NCBI GenBank assembly: GCA_963845665.1
Contig: CAWJTA010000003.1
Location: 767,518-831,517, forward strand
Origin: an uncultured Verrucomicrobiae bacterium
Lineage (GTDB): Bacteria > Verrucomicrobiota > Verrucomicrobiia > Limisphaerales > UBA11358
Reading direction: 5' to 3'
Length of the DNA: 64,000 bases
The notes under the pieces were generated by a model. That model saw nothing but the letters and a program-made list of their open reading frames with translations. It ran no database searches and was not told the origin of the DNA. Shown here piece after piece: positions 9,271 to 19,083 of this stretch (positions are counted from its first letter, which is position 1; each line of letters starts with the position of its first letter). The translations under genes and the position numbers were made by a program.

Positions 9271-10347
9271 TTAGTTGCGTGTTATCGAAGCAGCCAGGCG
9301 CTGGGGATCAAAGACGGTTTTGCTCTTAAGCATGTAGTAAACCGAACGGGCCAGCTTGATGGCCAGAAGGGCGTTGGCCTTGAACTTGTTGCCGCCCATG
9401 CGGACCAGGAGGCGTTGATAGAGCGGGCCCATGAATGCCTGATCGCGTTTGGCAATGATGGCCGCCTCACCGAAGGCCCAGCGCAGATAGGGATTGCCCA
9501 GCTTATGGCCGCGCAGGCCCTTGATCTTGCCGGCTGAAGCGACGGTGCCCTTGACCAGGCGACAATAGCTCAGGAAGTCTTTGACTGTGGGGAATCGGTC
9601 GATGTCGCCAATTTCGTAGAGGAGCGTCAGACCCAGGTGCTTGCCAATGCCGGTGATGGTTTGCAGTAAAATATAATCGCGCTGAGCATGGACTTTGGTC
9701 AACCGTTCCAATTGATCATCCAGGATGGCGATTTGAGTATCGAAATGGCGGATGAGGGCGAACTGATTTTGGAGAGCTAGCTGGTAAACGCGGTTGGGTT
9801 CCTGAGCCAGCGCATGTTCCTGCCAACGGTCGCGGTTGGAGCAAGAGTTGGGGATGCGGTTGTGAGCCAGTTGATGGGATTGGACGCGGGTAATGAGTTC
9901 AGTACGGTCCCAAACGAAATGGAGACGCTGGCGCAAGAGAGCTCGCAGAGGCCGCTGGGCGGCGGGATAGACGTAGCTGGGTGGAATGAGATTGACACGC
10001 AGCAGTTGAGCGAGTTTTTCGGAATCAATGCGGTCATTTTTGTTTTTGCCGCCATGAATGGCCTTGAGGTAGAGGGCGTGAGCCAGGACGAAATGGATGC
10101 CGGCCTGGGCACAGGCGTCGGCGAGCCAATACCATCCGAACATGCATTCGGCACAGACGGTTAGGTCGTGGCGATAAGGGGCGACCAACTGCAGGAAAAA
10201 GTTGAAGTCATTGTTTCGGATATTGGTGTGGACCAGGATTTTTCCGGAACGATCCATGAGACAGACATACATTTGCCGGGAATGGAGATCGATTCCGCAG
10301 TTGAATTCGGTGGTGGAGGTGTAATACTTCATAACGTAATACTTCAT
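9271..10347 (-). CDS. IS110-family transposase/recombinase (DEDD RuvC-like domain plus C-terminal Tnp domain)
   Basis: GIDLH, CAEC, KNDRID (D-E-D-D); C-terminal ITGIG..EIGDIDRF..VASAGK (conserved Ser)..GNPYLRWAFGEAA. Start at ATG 10347 or 10332. Confidence 0.95.
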   Translation of the reverse strand: MKYYVMKYYTSTTEFNCGIDLHSRQMYVCLMDRSGKILVHTNIRNNDFNFFLQLVAPYRHDLTVCAECMFGWYWLADACAQAGIHFVLAHALYLKAIHGGKNKNDRIDSEKLAQLLRVNLIPPSYVYPAAQRPLRALLRQRLHFVWDRTELITRVQSHQLAHNRIPNSCSNRDRWQEHALAQEPNRVYQLALQNQFALIRHFDTQIAILDDQLERLTKVHAQRDYILLQTITGIGKHLGLTLLYEIGDIDRFPTVKDFLSYCRLVKGTVASAGKIKGLRGHKLGNPYLRWAFGEAAIIAKRDQAFMGPLYQRLLVRMGGNKFKANALLAIKLARSVYYMLKSKTVFDPQRLAASITRN

Positions 10348-10462
10348 GGTTGATGGGGTCGTCAGACCCCGTTGATTATGTTTACGCGGGGAGTGCTGGT
10401 AACACTCCCCGCCCTTCACCCAAGATGATAGCTCAAACCACCAAGGGCTTAACTGGGAGGAT

Positions 10463-10572
10463 CACATTTTATTTACATAGCATGCGCAACGCGCAACGAG
10501 ATTTGATTTTAGGGCGAAATGTGTGGTTTTATTGGTTTTTTTGAAGAGTTTACCGGTAGCGATGCGCAACGA
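10463..10572. repeat. 110-bp direct repeat, copy 1 (interrupted at its left edge by the IS110)
   Basis: Ungapped alignment to 10990-11099 with 10 mismatches; contains three gcgcaacg units. Confidence 0.9.
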
Positions 10573-10750
10573 GACGCGGTATTAGATTGGTGAATTTTTG
10601 GATGGGCGGACTTGTCGGAGCGCGATTATCCCGCAGTCGGGCATAGGCGTAAAGTTGAGCGCGTCGTGTTGGCAATGCTGGAAGATGCCGCAGATCAGTT
10701 TCGCGCTATCGCGCGGCTTCGCAGCACGCGGCTGAAATTTATCGGCTATC

Positions 10751-10813
10751 AACCCAGGGCGGCGCTCGCAGACTCGCTTGCCCTGGGCTATTACCTGTCG
10801 CCCTTCACAGGGC
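10751..10813. repeat. REP-like double hairpin (cccagggc...gccctggg, then gccct-tcac-agggc)
   Basis: 8-bp stem 10753-10760/10780-10787 followed by a 5-bp stem 10800-10813; intergenic. Confidence 0.6.
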
Positions 10814-10989
10814 TTTCAGTTTGCGGCGTCGCCGACAAATGAGTTACGGCACATAAAAAAAGAATGATAATTTTTAATCCTTTGCTGTTTTCACGCGAAC
10901 CAAAGCCTTGACTTGACGCGGCTGCGCAGTCACGGGACTGCTACGATGGGTGAGGATGAAAATGACTCCGCGCACCCCTGGGGGCTATA

Positions 10990-11099
10990 CACATTTTATT
11001 TACATAGGATGCGCAACGCGCAACGAGATTTGATTTTAGGGCGAAATGTATGGTTTTATTGGGGTTTTTGAATATTTTGGCGGCAGCTATGCGCAACGA
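10990..11099. repeat. 110-bp direct repeat, copy 2 (intact)
   Basis: About 91% identical to 10463-10572; immediately downstream of the A2M stop codon. Confidence 0.9.
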
Positions 11100-11103
11100 A
11101 GTC

Positions 11104-14100
11104 TTAAGGCGCCTTGTCTTCAACATTGACCCGAATTTCCGCGCTGTTGCAGCGAATTTCGGGCACGTACATCGCCCCGCCTACGACTGGCAGGGCATGG
11201 AATCGTCCAGGGGTTTCCGCGCGCATGTCATAGCGAAGCTCCCAAATTCCCTGCGGCAAATGATCCAGGAACAGCGCGACCTGCCGGTCGCGCAGTTCCT
11301 GATAGACCCAACTGGTGCGGCCGGTGTAATCGGAATCCTCTTGCGGTCGCGGCGCGGGAATTATGGGAATCAGCAATTCCTGGCCGATTTTCAATCTGGA
11401 AGGCATCACCGAGACGTTGGCTTCCTCGATGGCGCGCACGGAAATCGCATATTGCTTCGAGATCGCGGCGAGCGTATCGCCGGCCCGGATAACATAAAGC
11501 TCGTTCGTACCGGAAAGCCGTCTCGCTGCGGCTGCGGATTTAAGCTCGCTGGCATAGAGCGATTCGCCGCTGCGGATTTCGACCGTCTCGAATCCAGCGG
11601 GCTTTAAATCTTCAAACATGAGATAATCGTAATCGTTCTTTGCCTCGAGGGTCAGCACGGTTTCGATACGCTCGCCGCTTTTAACGGTCCCGCCGTCCGG
11701 GAGCGGTTCGCGGTCGTCCACGTATCCCTTAAGCAATGTTGGGCGCGGAACGAGCTTGTAATATTCGCGTTTTACGAAAATCTCGTTCCCGGCGGGTGCG
11801 ATCGGCTCTTCGGTGCTGAAAAAGGAGGCGTTAGCGGAAAAATACAACGGCCGGTCGCCGGCAGCCTCAACGATGCGAATTTCATTTGAGTCCTGAATCC
11901 ACTTTGGATCAATGGTGAACCGGCTCGGCGCGTTGAAAACGTCAGCGGGGCTAATGTGCTGTTGGGCTATTCGGGTGCCATTGACGAAAAGGCTGAATGT
12001 TGTGGCGCTTTGCAGCTCTCCGCTCACACGCAGGTAATCGTTCAGCGCCAGCACAGCGATGGCTGTATCGCGGGTATTGTTCCATTGCGCGCCGCGACGA
12101 TTTTTGACGAGCCAATTGGCCACCGGCTCAATCAACGCATTCGTCGGGTCAATCGCCAGGAGCGCGCGCAAGGCAAAGGCCGTCGCCTCAACGCCGCTAT
12201 CAGACCAATGCCAAAAGACGCCGTCATTGCCCCAATGCGCCGTGGCCATGACGGTTGGCGATGAGTTGGTCGATGACGAAGCATTCCCCATGAGGATGGA
12301 TTGGTCCGGATGCTCGTCACGAATGACGCCGTTTTCGAGATTGGCCGCCAGGATTTTGGCGCGGTCATCAAATCCGTACTCGTGTGCGCTCAGCGCGAGC
12401 AGGGCGCGCGTATAGGCATTGAGTTGGTCGCGGTTTTGCCAGAGGTTATCAAAGGCGGCCCGTTGAAATTTGTTGATTTTGCGCGAATGACACGACGCCA
12501 GCGCGTGCAGCATAAATGCCTGCATATCGTAATTCTCCTTTTCATCCACCAAATGCGAGTCGAGATACCTAATCCCACGCTGCAAGACATTGGGTTTGAG
12601 TTGAACGCCCGCCTCACGCGCCAGCGCCAGGCCCCAGAGCACATATGCGGTCATCCAATGGTCGCTGTCGTCGTCCTTCCACCAACCCCAACCACCGTCG
12701 TTATGTTGAAAATCATACAAACGATCCAGGCCGGCCCGGGTCATTTCGTCCATTTCATCAAGGCTCTTTTTGCCTTCCGGATGGGTTGCCGCAGCACTGT
12801 TGGTTTCAATGCCGCCGAACACGCGATCCATGGCGTCACCCGGCTGCAGGCCAAGATCGCGGAGTGTTTTGGCGGTGATCACCGTCGGCAAAAACCGGCT
12901 CATGGTTTGCTCGGTGCAACCGTAAGGATAATTGATTAAGTATGGCAACGCATCGAGCATCGTCACGGCCATACTGGGCGTGACCTGGACGGCAAGCGAA
13001 GTGGAATTCGGTTTGCGTTCGTCAGGCAGGACCAATTCCACCGTCGTTTCGTCGCATCGAGTCTTGCCGGATTTCGAGATGAATTTTTCGATGCCATGCT
13101 CGTATGCCGTGAACGAATTCTCCATCGCGTCCGCGTACTGATCACTTCGCGCCGTGACTTTTAAATTCACATCGCCGGGCGATTCAACCCTGGCTGTCCA
13201 ATCAGCGCGCGCCTGGCCATTGGGAGGAACGTCAAGTGTCTGGGTGTGAGTGGCGGACCGGGAGGTCCGCCCTACCATGCCGGAATCCTGCGCTACGTCC
13301 AGGCCACTGGCGTCGAGGGAGACTTTCGCTTCGAGTGGTTTGTCTGTGTTGTTGTTGACGACTGCGGAAATCGTGACCGTGTCGCCTGCCACAAAAAAGC
13401 GGGGTCCTTCAAGGCGCACGATGAGCGGTTTCCGCGTGCGAGTAGTCGTTTGGGCGATGCCAAATTGATTGGCTGTCGTCACCGCCCGCGCTGTGGCCCG
13501 CCAACTCGTGAGCGAATCCGGATAGGTGACCTTCACCATCGCCTCGCCGTTTTTATCTGTCATGACGTCCGGCTGCCAGAAAACCGTGGAACGGAAATCA
13601 CTGCGCACGACCACGGTTGGCTGTTCGCGTTCGTGTCCACCAGCGCCGCCAAAGCCGTTGTCAGCCAGTTTTTCCCTAAATAAACTGCCCATGACGGGGA
13701 TCCCCTCGACCATCGGCGATACAGGGCTGCCAGCCATCGCCCCATACGTTGTTTGGCGCCCCGCAAAGGAGCGTGTCGTGACATAGTCAAGTCCGATTGC
13801 AGACTGGCCGGGTTGCGGGGCCATCTTCATGTTCACATAGCCAACCACGCTTATATGTGGTTCGCCAAACGACATATCTTGCGCGCCGCCGCCGCCGCCA
13901 CCGCCTCCGGCATTTCCGGCAATGCCCGGCGTCATTCTCCCCAAGCGACTTTGTTCCTCCAGCCGTTCCTTCTCTTTGTCATCGATTAACTGGTTTTTCC
14001 ATTTCACGAGCCGTGTATAAGTCTTTTGGTTCATCGTGGACTGCGTTTGGATCTGCTGGTTGCGCTTGGTCCCAAAGAAAAACTCCCGGGGATCGCCCGC

Positions 14101-17100
14101 ATAATCGTCCTGGATGTAGAAAACGGATTCATCCGCGAGACTGAGCGCCACTTCAGCGGGAACCGGTTTGCCCTGATCATCGCGCGTGGTGACCTTCAAC
14201 GTGCCCTCGTCACGCGGCTCGTAGTCGTTGCGGTCGGCCTTAACCTCCACGTTCAGGAAGTTTTTCACCGGCGGCACAACAATTTGTTTTTCATCCGTGA
14301 AAATCTGACGGTCGCTCACCAGCGTCGCATCCAGAAAAATATTGGGCACATCACTTTCATCTATGGGAAGATTGACGAGCTTTACCGTGCCGTCCATGTA
14401 AACGAGTTGGTAATGATAGATGCCCTGCCCTTCAACCGTGAACAGGACATAGCGGTCCGCCGATGGCGCCACCAGCATCACGGGCGCGGTTCCTCCGGCG
14501 TGGAATGTGTCTTTGTCGGCGATGATTTCGATGCCACCGGTGCGATAGCCCAGCTCCGTGGTGCGGTTATTTACGGCCCAAATTGTGGCATCAGCATTGA
14601 TCGGCTGCGGCAGATGGTTGGCAGGAGCATCGCGACCCGACCAGGTAATATGATAATAACCTTTGCGCTCGGGCTTGAAAGTCAGCTCGGCATCGCCATT
14701 GGTGTCTGTGGTCAAATGCTGTGTCAGAATATTGTCATGCTCATAGCCGCGGAATTTTAACTCCCAATCCCTTTGATCCGGGCGCGCGGGCGGAGGCGGC
14801 CATGTTTTGTATTTGGCCTGAAGGGCCTTCAACTCGTCGCCTTTTACCTCATGGCCATCGGGCGCGAGCCAGATCTCGTACCAATAATCGCGCGTTACCT
14901 TCACGTCACCGTCCACCTGCACCGGCTGGTCATTGGCATCCAGCGCCTTGAAATTCACGGTCACTTTGTCGCGCGGCAAATAGAGATTATGGGCGGGTTT
15001 GGCATAGACGTAATATGATTGGCGCGTCACCCGCACTGATCCGTTCCCGGTGATTTCGCGGCGTGACGCATCGGTGACGCGCGCTTCAATGTCGTACTCA
15101 AAATCACTGCCTGCATTTTGCGGCGTCCCGAATGTCAACGTCGCCTTGCCGGTTGCATCGGTTTTGAGCGTGGCATTGGTAATGATTTGCTCTCCGCCAT
15201 ACCAGCCGCCATTAGGCGAGGCCGTATCCATGTCCTCATAGAGCCACGGATAATCCCGCGACTCAAACCAGGAATGGACAAACGGTTTCTGGTGAACGAC
15301 AACGTTCACATCCGCATTGGCCACCGGCGCGCCAAAGTAATAATCCGCCTGTATCGTGGCCGCGACTGTATCGCCCAGCCGAAATGTTTTTCGATGGCCA
15401 TTTTCCTCCGGGGTCTGGACTGTTACTTTGAACTCCGGCAGCTTGTATTCTTCGAGTCTGAATAGAGTGGCGTTGCCGATGTTGCGATGATGCCCCACGT
15501 TCCAAAACCGCACCTGATATTCACCCAACGGCATTTGCTCCGTGAGATCAAGCGATCCCCATGCGCTGCCAAATTCGTTAAACTTGATTTTCCCCGATTT
15601 CACCTTCGTCCCGCGCGGATCCCAAATTTCATACTCGATCGCGCGTCCGGAAGGCGTTGAATAAACCGAGCCATCGTAGCTGCGCGCGATAAACTTCCAG
15701 TTCACCGTTTCTTTGGGGCGATATGCCGGACGGTCCGTGAAAGCGTAAATGTGCCAGCCTGCCGATTCGTCGTCGCCGCCGCCATAGCTATAATTATCCC
15801 CGGTCACGAACGCCTGCCGGTTCCCACTTCGAGCCGTGGCGTAAAAAGTCGCGCCATTGTCCATTTTTTGGGCCAAGGGAATCTCCACGATACCATTTGA
15901 ACCGGTGACGCCATCATACGAACGCGAATGCCATCCGTTGTCGTTCCAAAGCATCCAAAGTTTGACGGGGGCGTTTGTGATGGGCGCACTGTTCAGGGCG
16001 TCACAAAAATAAGCCAGCGCCGAGCGATTAGATGTTTTCAGGACCAAAGCGGCATCCGTCACCAAAACCAAATCCCGGCTGCTTTTCCCGCCGCCTTGCG
16101 CCTCAAGGATATATGCGCCTGGTTTCAATTTTCTGTCCAACCGCACCACAGAGCCGGTTGGCGCATAATCACCCGGATAGTCCACTTTCCGTGTCCATCG
16201 TTTCATCGCCTTGAGCGATTTCAAATCAATGGTTTGAATCCAGTCGCGTTGGTTGCGAAGTTGCCGGGAAATTCACCGCTGCATTTAAATCCGCCGAATA
16301 CAACGCCAGCCGTATCTGCTTTACGTTTCGCGAAGTAAGGGAATATTGAATTTCCGAATCCGGCAGAAAGATACTGTCCGTGCCCACCGTGATTTGCGGG
16401 CCGGTGATGTTTCCAATTTCATTTGTGGCTTGCTCCCAAAAACGGGACTCTCCCTGGGCAAACGATTGGTGAGCTGGCGGAAGAGCGCCAGGGCCCGGGC
16501 ATAATCGGGTTGCGACGACCAATTGCCATCCTTGTCCATCACGGCCCGGCCGTTTTGTTCGAGGAATTGGCCGTAGTTAAAGAGCGCCGCGTCATACCAA
16601 TCGGTCTTTTTGCCGGCGCTGAGGGCCGACTCGAATTCCTGCGTCATGCGGGCGGCTTGCGCCCAATCATTCCATTGCACCCGCAATGTCATGGCCATGA
16701 GATAATGCGCGTGCGCCTTGTCCTCATCCGTTTGCGCGATTTTGGCCGCGTTTTCCAGGACGTCCGGTGGAATCTCAAATCCCCAATCGCCATAGCTGAA
16801 TTGCGCGTTTACGCCCGGTGGACGCGCCATCTTCCAAACGATGTTCAGATAGCGAGTGCGGGCCATATCCAAGTCGCTCTGCCCGGCCCACCAATCGAGC
16901 GCCGACTGAAAATGGGGAAACGCGCTGCTCCAATCGGTGTTTTGGGCGCGCCAAAAAAAATCTCCAAGCGATTCCTCGACCTCGGCCCAAATCCGATCAT
17001 GCTGGTCTTCACGCGTCAAATCACGGACTTGGTTCTCGAGACTGTCGCGGGCCGCGTCCAATTCGCTCGTGTCCGGATTGCCGGTAGCCGCGGCGGAACG

Positions 17101-17403
17101 CCATCGAGTGTCCGCCAATCGAAACTGGACCCACCGCGCGTCTTCTTTGGGCAACGAAGAAATGTCCATGCTCGCATAAACGTCATGAGCTTTGGCATAG
17201 GAACCTTCAGCATAAAATGTTTCGGCATTGGCTTTATCCGCGGCATAGTCCGGCGATTGGCTGAAGGCAGCAGTCGTGGATGCGAGGAACGCGATCGCGA
17301 AGAGGAGATAGAAGAGGAATGGAAGATGGGGTTTTGCCGCCGGACCTTCCTTGTTTGCCTCTTGAATGTTGAAAAGCCACGGGTACTGGACAAAGGTTTT
17401 CAT
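11104..17403 (-). pseudogene. Bacterial alpha-2-macroglobulin (MG domains, thioester, internal LysM) split by two frameshifts; pseudogene or assembly indels
   Basis: ORFs 16321-17436, 16226-16522 and 11104-16224 read as one protein. Motifs TDRPAYRP (MG2), EYKLPEF, VRSDFRSTVFW, PDSLTSW, YPYGCTEQ thioester (CTEQ 12907-12918), LysM at about 11365-11496. Signal-like N-terminus from ATG 17403. Confidence 0.85.
13250..13277 (-). repeat. GTAG-type REP-like element inside the A2M coding sequence
   Basis: Exact 28-bp reverse complement of 56400-56427 (tggtagggcggacctcccggtccgccac): GTAG followed by a ggcggac/gtccgcc hairpin. Confidence 0.85.
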
Positions 17404-17605
17404 GTTCAGAAACACAATTTGTACACATTCCGCCATGGTATATCAGACGGAAAGCGATGCGGGATACTCCCGCATATTCAATTTCAACACCACCCGAAAA
17501 AAACGGTGGCAGCATCACTTACATTCACTTGGAATCGCGCGCGGCTCTCTTCGGAGTCGCCCTTGTAATATTTTATTTTGTTATTTAGGCAAGATGCAAC
17601 ATTGG

Positions 17606-17757
17606 CTAACTGTCCCGCCATCAATCGGGAATATTTTTGGCCCTCCTTTGCCAGGGCTACGGCGGGCGGACAGTAGCAAGTCATTGTTGTTCATCTTGTT
17701 GTGCCGTGTTGAAAGTCCTGCCCGTTATTAAGTGCGCAAAATATGCGGGACAGTTAG
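17606..17757. mobile_element. Possible MITE-like 152-bp element bounded by 13-bp perfect inverted repeats
   Basis: ctaactgtcccgc (17606-17618) and gcgggacagttag (17745-17757); no target duplication or transposase seen. Confidence 0.35.
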
Positions 17758-18081
17758 AAAAATTTATGATGTTGAATTTGTTCTAAAGTTTTGAATCTGA
17801 GAGTTGACAAGCGATTGAGGGCATGAAGGTTTTTATCCGCAGGCGAGGTGTTTTCTCCCTTAGTCCAAAATTCCATCTTGTCGCGCCAAATCTTCCGAGC
17901 GACGGCGAATAATCCAACCAGCCAAAATCCGTTCATGGCAGCAGTTTCTCACAGTGTTTTGGTGATTCAAGAGGCGGAATTTATGACCTTTTATGACCCG
18001 GCTTCGTCCGCTCCGAGCGGGACTACGCAGCGGCAGGCCCGGCTTCGTCAATGCTACCAGGGCCGGGCTCTCCGACCGAAG

Positions 18082-18765
18082 TCAACTGGACTGAGATTCA
18101 ATGGGAGGGGCGAATTTTGCGCCGGTATGGCGGATATTCTTCGCCTCGCAGAGATAGACAACATCTTCTGCGATATTGGTCGCATGGTCGGCAATTCGTT
18201 CAAGGCTCTTGGAAACGACCATCCAATGGAGGCAGCGCCTGATCGTGTCGGGATGCTCCACCATGAATTGCGCCAGGAGACGGTGAATTTGCGTGTTGAA
18301 CAGATCCACTTCTTTGTCCCGGGGCAAAACGCTACGAGCGAGGGCAGGATCGCCATCGCCAAAAGCCTTTATAGCGGTATCGAGCATGTCCAAAGCCAGG
18401 CTGGCCATCGCCGGGACGTCGAGTTGGATCGGGATGGCCGGCTCGCGAGCCAAATCTGCCGCGCGCCTGGCAATTTTTGCCGCTTCGTCTCCAACGCGTT
18501 CAAGATCGTGGGCGATTTTTGTGGCAACTGTGATCAAACGCAAATCGCCTGCAAGCGGCGCTTTGGCGAGCTGCTGAATTCCCAGGTCATCAATTTCGAG
18601 CTCAAGCCGGTCAATGACGCGGTCGCTGTCTTTGACCTGCAAGGCCAGGCCGTCATTGCGTTCCTGCAATGCCTGCGACGCGCGGCTGACTGCAGCCCTG
18701 GCGCAGTTTGCCATGACGGTAAGCCGCCGTTTTAACGCATCCAGCTCTGTTTCAAAATGATCCAT
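18082..18765 (-). CDS. phoU: Phosphate signalling complex protein PhoU
   Basis: Two PhoU repeats with DLERVGD and SLERIADHATNIAEDVVYL. Confidence 0.95.
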   Translation of the reverse strand: MDHFETELDALKRRLTVMANCARAAVSRASQALQERNDGLALQVKDSDRVIDRLELEIDDLGIQQLAKAPLAGDLRLITVATKIAHDLERVGDEAAKIARRAADLAREPAIPIQLDVPAMASLALDMLDTAIKAFGDGDPALARSVLPRDKEVDLFNTQIHRLLAQFMVEHPDTIRRCLHWMVVSKSLERIADHATNIAEDVVYLCEAKNIRHTGAKFAPPIESQSS

Positions 18766-19083
18766 CGGACAATATAATCAAATTAACCGGGTCTTACACT
18801 CATGCTTAAGCTTTAACCATACCAAAAAAGTGCTTTTCCGTTCGACTTGCCGGAAAGCCAATTGCACCTTGCCATTGTTACACACCTGGACAATCACAGG
18901 CCGCCCGTATTTTTCTTCACTGCGCTGGCATTATTTCGGGTGTTTTGGTGCTTTGTAAATTAAATGTTTCCAGAATGAGTGGGTTGGCAGGAGTTGGCTG
19001 AAGTCTTCCAGCGCGGATGCCACTGAACGGCTCAGCGGTCCGGCCGGGCAGTGCGGGATTCCGATCCAAAGCTTTTTCTGAAG

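Larger units (their letters stand above)
8800..10462 (-). mobile_element. Complete IS110-family insertion sequence, about 1.66 kb, with a CAC/GTG core at both junctions (8797-8799 and 10463-10465)
   Basis: Contains a DEDD transposase. Joining the flanks gives ggctaaa-cac-attttatttacatag, which matches the uninterrupted repeat copy ggctata-cac-attttatttacatag at 10983-11007. No clear terminal inverted repeats or long target duplication, as expected for IS110. Confidence 0.8.

Noticed and set aside
10463-11099. CRISPR array or integron attC interpretation of the repeats
   Set aside because: Only two 110-bp copies 527 bp apart, no spacers of regular length, no cas or integrase gene, and no RYYYAAC...GTTRRRY palindromic organisation.
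16423-17568. 381-aa plus-strand ORF
   Set aside because: Antisense to the A2M N-terminal part; typical shadow ORF in GC-rich DNA.
17848-18735. 295-aa plus-strand ORF
   Set aside because: Antisense shadow of phoU with no recognisable motifs.
18870-18900. Possible Pho box upstream of phoU
   Set aside because: Half-sites are poor and spaced 10 rather than 11 bp.
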